64,000 nt of DNA from Desulfuromonadales bacterium (GCA_033549025.1 JAWSUS010000001.1:1-64000), one strand, 5' to 3'. Numbered from the stretch's first letter, positions 1 through 9,366 are shown. Notes: a model not told the origin generated them from the letters alone. Made by a program: numbers and translations.

Positions 1-77
1 TTGCCGGCTGGGCAGGAAAATTTCAGTGCGCGGCCTATTGAACCCGAAATGGCCACCTGAGTTTTTACGATGCCATC

Positions 78-110
78 AAAAAAGGGCCAGCGAAAAATCG
101 CTGGCCCTTC
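78..110 (-). terminator. Rho-independent terminator downstream of the tRNA-Phe fragment
   Basis: GGGCCAGCGA-AAAA-TCGCTGGCCC hairpin followed by a T-run on the minus strand. Confidence 0.7.
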
Positions 111-118
111 GTCATTGC

Positions 119-164
<46 letters not shown>

Positions 165-437
165 TGGTTCTCGTAGCTGTGAATGCAATTAAACCCACAT
201 CTTATAGCGATAGATTGTTGCAAAAGCTTGCGACAAATGACAAAAGTAGCGTGGATTTTGTCTCACCATCAGCACATGGCCCAACAGTGTAAAAATTACA
301 AGCCAATGAAATCAGATGCAAAACCAGTTTCATGTTGGACTGAGGTCAGATGCCGTTGATGGGTCAAATTTCGATGCCGATTGATACCCAAGCCTTCAAC
401 GGAGAGGCGTGACGAGAGCGGGCAGCCGGTTGGGACG

Positions 438-610
438 TGTCGAAAAATTCCACCTATATCGACACATCTATCCGCTCATGTCGATACCGTCAACATCAAC
501 CGGGCGCCAGCGCATCTTATGTCGACAGAATTGACTTATTTCGACATTGTAGGGTTGACATGTCGATATTATCGACATATCGTGGACCAGCTAGCCACAA
601 TGTGTCGATA
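438..610. repeat. Cluster of eight TGTCGA-core motifs upstream of fic
   Basis: TGTCGA/TCGACA at ~438, 459, 479, 520, 541, 561, 572 and 603, including palindrome ATGTCGATA-T-TATCGACAT (560-578). Confidence 0.7.
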
Positions 611-628
611 AAAGACGGATTTACAAAG

Positions 629-1741
629 ATGAAATGGCAGCCAGATCACCCCTACAACACCCTTCCGCTCCTGCCTCCCCCGGTGGAAGCGGTCGAAACC
701 CGGACAATTCTTAAAGCCTGTATCCCGGCTCGCGCCGCCCTTGCCGAGCTCAAGCAGGCGGGGGCATTACTGCCGGATCAGGGACTGTTGATCAATCTGC
801 TGCCGCTGCTGGAAGCCAAGGACAGCTCGGGAATCGAAAATATCCTGACCACCACCGACAAGCTGTTCCGCCACGCCCAGCGGGAAAGCGAGGCCGATGC
901 GGCCACCCGGGAGGCGCTGCGTTACCGTACCGCTCTGTACCAGGGGTTCAGGCAACTGCGGGATCGGCCTCTGGCCACCGCAACCGCCATCGAGGTCTGC
1001 AGCACCCTGAAGAATCAGGCCATGGAGCTGCGCCGGCTGCCCGGCACTGTCATTGGAAATCAAACTACAAGCGAGGTGATCTACACGCCGCCTGAAGGTG
1101 AATCCGTCCTCCGCGACCTGCTGAGCAATTGGGAGCGCTTTATCCACGCCGAAGACAATCTGGACCCGCTGATCAAGATGGCCATCAGCCACTACCAGTT
1201 CGAGGCCATTCACCCTTTTTACGATGGCAATGGCCGCACGGGGCGTATCCTCAATGTCCTGTACCTGATCGAACAGGGACTGCTGACTCTGCCGATACTC
1301 TATCTGAGCCGCTATATCGTGCAGAACAAATCGGCCTACTACCGCTTGCTAAATCAGGTGACACGGGATGGTCGGTGGCAGGAGTGGATTCTTTTCATGC
1401 TCGAAGGGGTCGAGCAGGTATCGCGCTGGACCTGTCTGAAAATCGCCGCCGTGCGGGAGTTAATGGAGCAAACCTCACTCTACGTTAAAGGGCAGCTACC
1501 CAAGATATACAGTCACGAGTTGATGCAGGTACTCTTCGAACAGCCCTATTGCCGCATCAGCTCGCTGGTGGAGCGGGATATCGCCAAACGGCAAACGGCC
1601 TCGGTTTACCTGAAACAACTGGTGGATATTGGCGTGCTGGAAGAAAAGTCCGCCGGCAAGGAAAAATTATTCATGCATACGAAGCTGGTGCGACTGATGT
1701 CCCACGATAATAACCAATTCCCTCCCTATCCGACGCTATGA
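629..1741 (+). CDS. fic: Fic-domain protein adenylyltransferase (SoFic-like, class II)
   Basis: HPFYDGNGRTGR Fic motif, N-terminal SSGIEN autoinhibitory motif, C-terminal HTH-like region; start moved to ATG 629 (MKWQPDHPYN). Confidence 0.9.
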   Translation: MKWQPDHPYNTLPLLPPPVEAVETRTILKACIPARAALAELKQAGALLPDQGLLINLLPLLEAKDSSGIENILTTTDKLFRHAQRESEADAATREALRYRTALYQGFRQLRDRPLATATAIEVCSTLKNQAMELRRLPGTVIGNQTTSEVIYTPPEGESVLRDLLSNWERFIHAEDNLDPLIKMAISHYQFEAIHPFYDGNGRTGRILNVLYLIEQGLLTLPILYLSRYIVQNKSAYYRLLNQVTRDGRWQEWILFMLEGVEQVSRWTCLKIAAVRELMEQTSLYVKGQLPKIYSHELMQVLFEQPYCRISSLVERDIAKRQTASVYLKQLVDIGVLEEKSAGKEKLFMHTKLVRLMSHDNNQFPPYPTL

Positions 1742-1883
1742 GCAACTTCGCCTTCCTGCCCGACACATTCCGCGCCACCGCCGAATCTGCTAAACGGGCG
1801 GAAGGTCACATCATGGGCGATCCGCGTGCCGCCTGATTCCATGCCCGCTTCACTCTGGAGGCGGAGTAAACTGGCTCTACCGC
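1738..1883 (+). pseudogene. hsdR: Truncated type I restriction enzyme R subunit N-terminus
   Basis: ATGA-coupled to fic; MSNFAFLP...AEGHIMGDPRAA*FHARFTLE then frameshifted NWLYR, resembling EcoEI-type HsdR N-termini; internal stop and truncation. Confidence 0.7.
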
Positions 1884-1951
1884 CTCCTTCCAGAGCTTGC
1901 GCGCCGGAAGGCCTGTTTGCAGGCAGGGATAACCTTATTGAGGGAATCTTC

Positions 1952-2145
1952 TGTCAGCTACTGAATGATATGGCATTAAGTGGGAATGAGTGAGATTGTG
2001 CGGGCGGCGTCGGGAAATGATTGATTTTTCGAGGGCTTTAACTGAACTTTAACCGCCGGATGCTCTTGGCGGTTTTTGTTATGAGATTTGGCATTTAGAT
2101 TTGACGCGCGGTGCTATCTTTTGAATGCGGCGCGACATTTGGCAC
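1952..2145 (+). repeat. Left-end transposase binding sites (L1-L3-like)
   Basis: TGTCAG...ATGGCA (1952-1975), TTTGGCA (2087-2093) and GCGC-N3-TTTGGCAC (to 2145) match the right-end motif. Confidence 0.6.
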
Positions 2146-2214
2146 CAAGCTGAAACCTTGGGAACTGGTTATATAGGGGGGCGAATTACAGGGTTGAAAT
2201 AACCAGGGGCGGTT

Positions 2215-2754
2215 TTATTCGCCCCTGGCTTTAATCGTGTGGTCGGAAATATCTACTATGTTGGAGAGGAGCCTTTGGTACCAGGTTATTTCTAGCAGGC
2301 AGCTTTTATCAAATCCGAGAGCAGTCAGAAGTTCATTGTGGCAAATCGAGTCTAGGACCCTCAACCCCGGCGGCTCTTTGGCTTCTATATCAAGCCTTTC
2401 CCCTTCAAACCTTTTTAAAATCTGGTCATCAGTGATATTTGTTTGCAGTATCGACTTTTCAAGTTCGAAAAACTTTCTACAAAGCTCTTCGTGAAGCCTA
2501 GATTTAATATCAGTCCGTATAACAAGGTCACATATGGAGAAAAAGGTAACTAGCCCAGCAAAAATTACGCGGGAAATTCCTGCATCGGTTAAAACCGACA
2601 CTATTGTTGCAGTGCCACTAAAAGCCGTTAAAAATGTTGATATTATATGGACTTTATCATAAAAACGACGCCTTCTATTATGGTACCTTATCGACCTTCT
2701 TACCCCAAAAAGCAAACAATCAACCTTCCCTGTGATTTCATTTTGAGTGGTCAT
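2215..2754 (-). CDS. Two-TM membrane protein, SLATT-like moron
   Basis: AT-rich 179-aa ORF, basic N-terminal helix, two adjacent hydrophobic segments, helical C-terminus; hairpin CCAGGGGCG/CGCCCCTGG at the stop. Confidence 0.7.
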   Translation of the reverse strand: MTTQNEITGKVDCLLFGVRRSIRYHNRRRRFYDKVHIISTFLTAFSGTATIVSVLTDAGISRVIFAGLVTFFSICDLVIRTDIKSRLHEELCRKFFELEKSILQTNITDDQILKRFEGERLDIEAKEPPGLRVLDSICHNELLTALGFDKSCLLEITWYQRLLSNIVDISDHTIKARGE

Positions 2755-2759
2755 TTGTT

Positions 2760-2918
2760 TTATTTCTTTGGTGGGGGGTGAGTATTTATTACTTTCTGGA
2801 AATTCCCGCTAGTACTGTTTTTTCCAGTACTCGTTTGAGAGTCTTCTCGTGTTGTGGATTTTCCAGAAGAAGAACTGCTTTTACCGGTGTCTTTCCCACT
2901 GTTAGAATCTTCAGCCAT
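2760..2918 (-). CDS. Small Ser/Thr/Gly/Lys-rich peptide ending PPPKK
   Basis: AGGAGT RBS before ATG 2918; 52 aa; lies between the repressor and the membrane protein in the same orientation. Confidence 0.6.
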   Translation of the reverse strand: MAEDSNSGKDTGKSSSSSGKSTTREDSQTSTGKNSTSGNFQKVINTHPPPKK

Positions 2919-2954
2919 AATAATACTCCTCATGTTGACATTCATCAAGATCAA

Positions 2955-3623
2955 TCACATTTTCCTTCCAGCCCAGACAACCTTTCCTACAATATTCAGC
3001 TGGCCCAGGTCCTTGGGGCCGACGAACAGGTCTGAATAGTCTTTATTGTCGCTTTTAACGATAATGCCGCCGTCTATGTTGCGCTGTAGGCGTTTGGCTA
3101 TCAGGGTTGAATTCATCATTAAGATATAGATCGCGCCGTCCTGGACGTGCAGCTGGTTCAGATCGACCAGGAGCAGGTTTCCCTCCTGGATGGTCGGCCG
3201 CATCGAATCGCCTATGGCGTTGATCAGCGCGAGCCTGTCCGCCTGAAGACCCATCTCCCTAACCCATTTTCGTTTAAAGGCCAGGTGGTCAACGACCTGC
3301 TCGCTTTCGATGATGGCCCCTCCCCCGGCGCTGGCGCTGACGTTGTAGTGCGGCACCAGGAGGAAATCTCCGTTTAGGCATCCATCCGCATGAAGGCAGG
3401 TGCTTTCGGCCTCGGCCCGCAGCATGGGGCCTTCGCCGGTCAGCAGCCACTGGGGACTGTATTCGGGGCAAACCTCCAGGACCTTGATTAAATAGTCTGC
3501 ATTTGGAGACCTGGAGTCAGATTCATAGTTCACAAGCGCGGTTTTGCTGATGCCGGTATCGGGGGCGAACTTGTCACGCGATACACCGCCTCTCACCTTT
3601 TTCAACCTCTCGCCTAAAGTCAC
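2955..3623 (-). CDS. Phage repressor (XRE HTH + S24 peptidase domain)
   Basis: TLGERLKKVR...ISKTALVNYE HTH; GDSMRPTI and AKRL S24 catalytic motifs; GTG start with GGAGGG RBS. Confidence 0.92.
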   Translation of the reverse strand: MTLGERLKKVRGGVSRDKFAPDTGISKTALVNYESDSRSPNADYLIKVLEVCPEYSPQWLLTGEGPMLRAEAESTCLHADGCLNGDFLLVPHYNVSASAGGGAIIESEQVVDHLAFKRKWVREMGLQADRLALINAIGDSMRPTIQEGNLLLVDLNQLHVQDGAIYILMMNSTLIAKRLQRNIDGGIIVKSDNKDYSDLFVGPKDLGQLNIVGKVVWAGRKM

Positions 3624-3637
3624 TCTTCCCTCCGAAA

Positions 3638-3867
3638 CACAAATGTGATTCTGGTTGTCAAAAGCACGTTCGTGAACCGACAACCATGGACGTCTCTCTT
3701 TTCGCTGGTTTCCGGTTTTGTAAGTGCCTAATAAAAAACATAAAAACGGGAGCAAGCGGGCGGAAGGTTGTCAGTTGCGGATCAGGCTTAAGTGACAACC
3801 TTCAAGACCCTTTAAATGGAAAAGGAAAAATAAATCACAAATGTGCTTGACATGATGCACATACGTG
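3638..3867. promoter_or_regulatory. Immunity region: four CAC-N4-GTG operators and a GAAGGTTGTCA/TGACAACCTTC inverted repeat
   Basis: CACAAATGTG (3638, 3836), CACGTTCGTG (3665), CACATACGTG (3858); 11-bp inverted repeat at 3763-3773/3793-3803. Confidence 0.7.
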
Positions 3868-3874
3868 ATTTAAT
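3847..3874 (+). promoter_or_regulatory. Early (Pe-like) sigma70 promoter
   Basis: TTGACA-16bp-TTTAAT with extended TG; one operator directly upstream and one in the spacer. Confidence 0.7.
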
Positions 3875-3903
3875 GTCGTTCACAAGACAACGAACGCGAC
3901 ACT

Positions 3904-3925
3904 AAAAAAACCGACACGCTGTCGG
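3904..3925 (-). terminator. Terminator for antisense ORF 3936-4298
   Basis: Minus strand CCGACA-GCG-TGTCGG-TTTTTTT. Confidence 0.55.
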
Positions 3926-3935
3926 GGATCGGTTC

Positions 3936-4298
3936 TTACTTATGATCTTTTTCCAGACTCAAAACCTGCTGGATACCGCGACTGATTTCATCGCCCGCCC
4001 GCCAAAGAAAGGTCAGGCAGCCGGGATAAAAAACCAGCCGTTCGCATTCGGCCCGGTAACAGTTGGCTTCCTGGATACAGCACATGGCGTTGGGGCAACG
4101 GCTGAAAAGCCTGAACCACCCCGTAATGTCTTCGGAAGAGATGTTGCGGGGCGCCACAACAGCGCCGCATTCGGGGCAATGCGCGGCAAGGCCCTTGCCT
4201 TCAAGATATTGGATCATCAGATCCCCGGCCGACACCTCAGGCAGGTCATCTTTACCCGTCCAATCACATCCGTAGCATTCATAAATCACAGGAGTCAC
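3936..4298 (-). CDS. Cys-rich hypothetical protein (CxxC pairs), antisense to the early operon
   Basis: CYGC, CPEC and further Cys; own terminator just after the stop; weak RBS. Confidence 0.45.
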   Translation of the reverse strand: MTPVIYECYGCDWTGKDDLPEVSAGDLMIQYLEGKGLAAHCPECGAVVAPRNISSEDITGWFRLFSRCPNAMCCIQEANCYRAECERLVFYPGCLTFLWRAGDEISRGIQQVLSLEKDHK

Positions 4299-4301
4299 CT
4301 C

Positions 4302-4430
4302 ATGAGCAATGAAGAGAAAGTTCTAAAGCTATTTGTTCATCCGTCTATGCCGACCGTGGCCGAAATATCCAGGCAGACCGGGGTCCCCGTGACCCGTGTG
4401 GCCCGCATTATTCGGAGGGCAGGTCGATGA
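4302..4430 (+). CDS. Small HTH protein
   Basis: AGGAG RBS; PTVAEISRQTGVPVTRVARII HTH pattern; stop overlaps the ner start. Confidence 0.6.
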   Translation: MSNEEKVLKLFVHPSMPTVAEISRQTGVPVTRVARIIRRAGR

Positions 4431-4711
4431 ACGCTCTCGCAAAAACCACCCCAGCGCCCCGGCTGACCGGCAGCGAAGCCGAGCGCCGCGTGTGGATCAA
4501 GGCCCAGCTAGAGCTGCGCGGCGAATCGTTCGCCACCATCGCCCGCGAGCTGGGCGTCTCCCGCCAGGCAGTGCAGCGAGCCTTGAACGAACGCCGCCCC
4601 CGCATGGAGCGGGCCATTGCCGCCAAGCTGGGCTTGAACCCGGCTGATTTGTGGCCCGAGCGCTACGACCCGGCCAACCATCCTAAACGAGGCCGCAAGC
4701 CCCGGCAATAG
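4427..4711 (+). CDS. ner: Ner/Nlp-family transcriptional regulator
   Basis: WIKAQLELRG...ERAIAAKLG...LWPERY signature; position before the transposase. Confidence 0.9.
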   Translation: MNALAKTTPAPRLTGSEAERRVWIKAQLELRGESFATIARELGVSRQAVQRALNERRPRMERAIAAKLGLNPADLWPERYDPANHPKRGRKPRQ

Positions 4712-4738
4712 AAAATCCGCCCACCGGAGATTCGCACC

Positions 4739-6913
4739 ATGAAAGTCAAAACATCTGACATCGTAGCCGCGCTTTGCGTTAGCAAGCAGGCGGTTAATAA
4801 ACGTGCCGCTAAACAGGGCTGGCAACCCCTGCCCGAGCGCGTAAAAGGCGGCGGTAAGGTCTATCTGCTGGCCGAGTTGCCGCTGACGGACGAAGAGCGC
4901 GCCAGCGTGCGCAACTACCTGCAGAACAAGAAGCTGATCCAGCTGATGGACGAGACCGAAAAACACGCCGCCGAGCAGGTTGAAACCGCCGCCGAGACCG
5001 CCCTGGTCTGCCAGGAAGAAGCCGAGGTGCCCGCCGTAATCGCGGTGCCCGATTTGGGCTCGCTTAAAAACTGGCAGCAACGGGTGATGGATGCCCGCCT
5101 GGCCTTTATGCGACTTATCGAGCGGGCCCCAGAAGGGGGCGTCACGCTGGCGATCGACACCCTGGTTAAAAAGTCACGGACCGAAGAGCTCCCCCCATTC
5201 TACCAGGCTTTGGTGCCCATGGCGAACGCCCGGGCCGGAAAAGAGGGCAAGCGGGCCCTGTCGAAGCGCACCTTGATGCGCTGGTGGAGCGACTACAAAA
5301 AGAGCGGCGGCAAGTGGGCCTCGCTGGCCCCGAAAAAGGTTGAAAAAGACGATATCCCCGCCTGGGCTCCGGCTTTTCTCAAGCTGTACCGGGTGCCGCA
5401 AAAGCCCAGCATTAACCATGCGCTGGAAGATCTGGCGGCCATGCTGCCCGAAGGGGCCACACTGCCCAGCGAAAGCCAGGTGCGGCGCTTTTTAAAGAAG
5501 TACAGCCGCCTCGAAGTGCAGCGCGGCCGCAAGAGCGGCAGCGAGCTGCGCAGCCAGCGCATCTACCGCGAGCGCGACACCGACGGCCTAAGCCCGGCCG
5601 ACGTCTATATGTGCGACGGCCACAGCTTTAAGGCTGACGTGGCGCACCCCGGCCATGGCCGCCCCTTCAAGCCCGAAGTCTGCACCGTGATAGACGCCGT
5701 CACCCGCGTGGCCGTCGGCTGGAGCGCCGGTCTGGCCGAGAGCTCGCTGACTGTAGCCGACGCCCTGCGCCACGCCTGCACGGTGAACGAAGAGAAGCCC
5801 TACGGCGGCATCCCCGCCATCTTTTATACCGATAACGGCGGCGGCAACACCGCCAAAATCAACGCTGACGAGGTCGCCGGGCTTTTCCCCCGCCTGGGCG
5901 TCACCTTCGAGACAGGCATCGCGGGCAACCCCCAGGGGCGCGGCATGATCGAGCGGCTGAACTCGTCCCTGTGGATCCCGGCCGCCAAGAAACTCGCCAC
6001 CTATACCGGCAAGGACATGGACAGCCTGGTAAAGCGCAATGTCTACCTGACCCTCGACAAAGAGGTGAAGGCCGCCGACCGCGAACAGCGCGACGTCCAG
6101 CACGAACTGCTGATCTCCTGGCCTGAATTTTTACTGTTCATGGCCGACGAAGTCGACCGCTACAACCGCCGGCCGCATTCGTCGCTACCGCGCATCACCT
6201 GTCCGCAGACCGGCCGGCGCCGCCACATGGCCCCGCTGGAATACTGGGCCGAGTTCGTGGGGCACGGCTGGAAACCCATGATGCTCGACGAGCACGAAAT
6301 CGTCTCGCTCTTTCGCCCGCACGAAATCGTCAAGTGCAACCGGGGCATGATTCGCCTGTGGAAACAGGTCTATTCAGACCCTGTTCTGGAGCACTACCAC
6401 GGCATGGAGTTGATGGCCGGGTACGACGTCCACGACGCCAGCAAGATCTGGGTGCGCGACCTCGAAGGACACCTGCTGGTCATCGCCAAGCGAGACGCCC
6501 ACAAGTCGAAGATTTTCCCCATGAGCAAGATCGAGCTGGCCGCCGAGCAGCGGTACAAGAACCGCATGAAAAATCTGCGCGCCAAAGAGGAAGAGACCGA
6601 ACTGGAATATCGCAGCCGGACCATAGAGACCCGGCCGATACAGGATGTCATCGAGATTGAAGCGGAGGTGGTCGAGAAGAGCGAGAAGATCATCGCCCGC
6701 GCCGCCAAGAAAAAGAAGCTCTTCAGCTCGGTGTGGGAGCGTTACGAAGACCTGTGCAGCCGCATGTCCCAGGGCGACGCCACCGTTACCGACTACGAAA
6801 AGCAGTGGCGCCAGGACTACGAGCACTACACCGAAACCGGCAAGCGCAAAGGGCTGTTTAAAGAGGATGAATTCTGCCTTAAAGAGCAGCTTGAACAGGC
6901 GGAAAGCAAATAA
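4739..6913 (+). CDS. Mu-like DDE transposase (MuA)
   Basis: N-terminal Mu HTH; CDGH, YTDNG and IER catalytic motifs; YNRRPHSSL; Mu transposase C-terminal region. Confidence 0.95.
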   Translation: MKVKTSDIVAALCVSKQAVNKRAAKQGWQPLPERVKGGGKVYLLAELPLTDEERASVRNYLQNKKLIQLMDETEKHAAEQVETAAETALVCQEEAEVPAVIAVPDLGSLKNWQQRVMDARLAFMRLIERAPEGGVTLAIDTLVKKSRTEELPPFYQALVPMANARAGKEGKRALSKRTLMRWWSDYKKSGGKWASLAPKKVEKDDIPAWAPAFLKLYRVPQKPSINHALEDLAAMLPEGATLPSESQVRRFLKKYSRLEVQRGRKSGSELRSQRIYRERDTDGLSPADVYMCDGHSFKADVAHPGHGRPFKPEVCTVIDAVTRVAVGWSAGLAESSLTVADALRHACTVNEEKPYGGIPAIFYTDNGGGNTAKINADEVAGLFPRLGVTFETGIAGNPQGRGMIERLNSSLWIPAAKKLATYTGKDMDSLVKRNVYLTLDKEVKAADREQRDVQHELLISWPEFLLFMADEVDRYNRRPHSSLPRITCPQTGRRRHMAPLEYWAEFVGHGWKPMMLDEHEIVSLFRPHEIVKCNRGMIRLWKQVYSDPVLEHYHGMELMAGYDVHDASKIWVRDLEGHLLVIAKRDAHKSKIFPMSKIELAAEQRYKNRMKNLRAKEEETELEYRSRTIETRPIQDVIEIEAEVVEKSEKIIARAAKKKKLFSSVWERYEDLCSRMSQGDATVTDYEKQWRQDYEHYTETGKRKGLFKEDEFCLKEQLEQAESK

Positions 6914-6981
6914 AAAAGCCGCGCTGCAACGCGGCTTAGGCGGCCATTTCGGCCAAAACACACCCCAAGGAGGATAACAAA

Positions 6982-7734
6982 ATGACGTACCAGATGGCAA
7001 TGACGAAAAACCTGCGCCGCTTTCTCAACGCGGTGGGTGAACTGATGGACCGCCCCGAGGGCACCGAAGGCATGGGGCTTTTATGGGGAGAGCCCGGCGA
7101 AGGCAAGAGCACGGCGGTAGCTTACGTGGTGTCGGTGATGGATGGCGTGTTCGTCCGCGCCGTCGGCTGCTGGACCGTGACCAGCATGCTGGGCGAACTC
7201 TGCAAAGAGCTGGGCGGCCACCGCATGCTGCGCCGCAGCGACATGATCGACTACATCACGCAGAAGCTGGCCGACAACCCCCGCCCCATCTTTATTGACG
7301 AGGCCGATTACCTCTTTCGCCAGTTCGAAATGATGGACGCCCTGCGCGACATTTACGATGTGTCGGGCTGCCCCGTCATCCTGATCGGCATGGAAGATAT
7401 CGCCCGCAAACTGCAAGCCCACGGCCGCTTTGCCCGCCGCATTACCCAGTGGGTCGAGTTTAAAGGGGTCGACCTGGACGACGCCCGCGTGCTGGGCGAA
7501 ACCGTGTGCAAGGTCAAGGTCGAAAAAGACCTGCTGGCCTACCTGCACCAGGCCAGCCGCGCCAACGTGGGCCGCATGGTTATCGGCTTCTCCAAGATCG
7601 AACGCATGGCCAAGGCCAGCGGGCTGACATCGGTCAGCCTGGAGCAATGGGGAGAGCGTGAACTGTTCTACGACCAGCCCGTTTTCGCGTCGCGGAGGGG
7701 CGCAAACGGCAATGGGAACGGGGGGAAATCTTAA
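6982..7734 (+). CDS. Transposition AAA+ ATPase (MuB-like)
   Basis: Walker A GEPGEGKS, Walker B IFIDEAD; follows the transposase. Confidence 0.92.
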   Translation: MTYQMAMTKNLRRFLNAVGELMDRPEGTEGMGLLWGEPGEGKSTAVAYVVSVMDGVFVRAVGCWTVTSMLGELCKELGGHRMLRRSDMIDYITQKLADNPRPIFIDEADYLFRQFEMMDALRDIYDVSGCPVILIGMEDIARKLQAHGRFARRITQWVEFKGVDLDDARVLGETVCKVKVEKDLLAYLHQASRANVGRMVIGFSKIERMAKASGLTSVSLEQWGERELFYDQPVFASRRGANGNGNGGKS

Positions 7735-8132
7735 TGTCTGGAATCAAAGGGATGCACCACAAAACCACCCGAACCAACACCCTGCGACGCAAGGTATGGC
7801 AGAGCATGCGCATTATGCGCCGCTTCTCGATCCCCGATCTGTGCCGGACCGTCCCCGGCGCCGCTTACGGCAACGTCCGCAAGTTCGTCTCCGGCCTTGA
7901 AAAACACGGCGTCATTGCCAAGCACGGCCGCTATATCGGCGGCCGCGCCGGAGAATATCAGATCTACCGCCTGGTCAAGGATGACGGCCCCGAATACCCC
8001 ACGGTCTGCCCGGTGTGCGGGCAGTCGATGTCGGTCACGCGTTGCGACCCCTCTTTTTTAAAAAAAGACCAGGAAAGAAAGAAAGAGACAAACAAAGAGA
8101 ACAGCCCGCCCGAGCCGGGAGGTGACCTATGA
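7734..8132 (+). CDS. Hypothetical winged-helix protein
   Basis: VWQSMRIMRRFSIPDL helix pattern, C-terminal CPVC; translationally coupled. Confidence 0.7.
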   Translation: MSGIKGMHHKTTRTNTLRRKVWQSMRIMRRFSIPDLCRTVPGAAYGNVRKFVSGLEKHGVIAKHGRYIGGRAGEYQIYRLVKDDGPEYPTVCPVCGQSMSVTRCDPSFLKKDQERKKETNKENSPPEPGGDL

Positions 8133-8440
8133 CACAGGCCGACCGCATGACCCTGCTGCGGCAGAAGGTCGAAGAAAAAAGCCAGGCGCAGGTCGCCCGC
8201 GAGCTGGGTTATTCCGGCGCGGCGATCAGTCAGGCGCTCTCGGGCAAGTACCAGGGCGACCTGACCAACCTGCTGAATAAGGTCGAAGAGGTCTATGGCG
8301 CCAGCACCGTGGTGTGCCCCGTGCTGGGCGAGATCGTCCTGGGCAAGTGCGCCGAACATCGCCGCCGCCCCTTCGCAGCGACCAACCCCCTGCGGGTGCG
8401 CCTGTATCGGGCCTGCAAAAACTGCGACGCCTGGAGGTGA
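8129..8440 (+). CDS. XRE-like HTH protein with Cys motif
   Basis: SQAQVARELGYSGAAISQAL HTH; CPVLG...CKNC. Confidence 0.8.
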   Translation: MTQADRMTLLRQKVEEKSQAQVARELGYSGAAISQALSGKYQGDLTNLLNKVEEVYGASTVVCPVLGEIVLGKCAEHRRRPFAATNPLRVRLYRACKNCDAWR

Positions 8441-8442
8441 CC

Positions 8443-9036
8443 ATGAATATCACCTGCCCCAAATGCGGCGCGGGCCGCACGGCGCTTTACCGCAAAGCCG
8501 AGGTGCTCGAAAGCGGCACCAAGCTCGAAATTATCGCCTGCCGCCTGTGCTCGCACCGGCTGGCCGAACGGCAGATTTTCACGGCGCCGGTGGTCGCGCC
8601 CAGCCGCCCGCAGCGTAATAAGGCCGGACGGCAGCAACCCCGAGAGGACAAGCCGCAGTTTCAATACACCTACGAGCCTTGCCCGGTGCTGGGCTGCAAG
8701 GGCAGCTATGTGCCGGCCATGAGCCGCACCGGCATGTGCCCTACCTGCCACACCCGAAACCTGCGCTGGACCAAGGGCCACCGCACCACGGCGCCGCGCT
8801 GGGTAATGTCCAACGGCCACCGGGTGCTGAGCAGCCTCGGGTTTCTGCTGGGCGATAACGTGATTGCCGCCCCTAGACCTGCGGCCAAGCCCGCCCGGCC
8901 CAAGGCGCACAAGCCCAAGGCCCGGCCCGCAAGCCCCACCCCGGACAGCCGCGATCTGGCCGGGCTCTATCAACTGGCCAAAGCTGGCAACCTTGCCGCC
9001 CTGGCCCTGCTGGACCGCATCGAGGAGGCCTCATGA
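8443..9036 (+). CDS. Hypothetical zinc-finger protein
   Basis: GGAGG RBS before ATG 8443; CPKC, CRLC, CPVLGC and CPTC motifs. Confidence 0.65.
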   Translation: MNITCPKCGAGRTALYRKAEVLESGTKLEIIACRLCSHRLAERQIFTAPVVAPSRPQRNKAGRQQPREDKPQFQYTYEPCPVLGCKGSYVPAMSRTGMCPTCHTRNLRWTKGHRTTAPRWVMSNGHRVLSSLGFLLGDNVIAAPRPAAKPARPKAHKPKARPASPTPDSRDLAGLYQLAKAGNLAALALLDRIEEAS

Positions 9037-9176
9037 TTCTGTACGTGATTATCGCCCTGATCTTTGGCGGCATTATCGGCATCACCCTGATGGCCGCCTT
9101 GCAGATCAACCGCCCCGACAATGACTACATAGATTTGATCGCCCCGCATAGAGAGGAGAAAAGCCATGATGAATGA
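9033..9176 (+). CDS. Small membrane protein
   Basis: GGAGG RBS, ATGA overlap, MILYVIIALIFGGIIGITLMAAL; 47 aa. Confidence 0.6.
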   Translation: MILYVIIALIFGGIIGITLMAALQINRPDNDYIDLIAPHREEKSHDE

Positions 9177-9366
9177 CCATACATTGGACGCCCTGGCTGA
9201 GCGATTTATCAGCAACCATATTCGCCAGACCTTGAAAATATCGTTCCAGCAATACCTGACCCAGCCGGAAAAGTACGACGGCATTATCGCCGCTTTCAAG
9301 GCGGGCAAGGCGGGCATCTGTATTCACCCTTTCAGCCGCGAACCGAAGGTTGTCACCCTCAGTTAA
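9166..9366 (+). CDS. Hypothetical protein
   Basis: GAGGAG RBS; fits the operon. Confidence 0.6.
   Translation: MMNDHTLDALAERFISNHIRQTLKISFQQYLTQPEKYDGIIAAFKAGKAGICIHPFSREPKVVTLS

Noticed and set aside
438..610. CRISPR array or integron attC sites
   Set aside because: Repeats are only 6-9 bp, irregular and in both orientations; no cas or integron integrase nearby
437..628. N-terminal extension of Fic in the ORF track
   Set aside because: Runs through the repeat-rich promoter region; family-like sequence begins at ATG 629
3942..4301. Long 162-aa plus-strand ORF
   Set aside because: Only the last 42 codons have an RBS and a recognisable HTH
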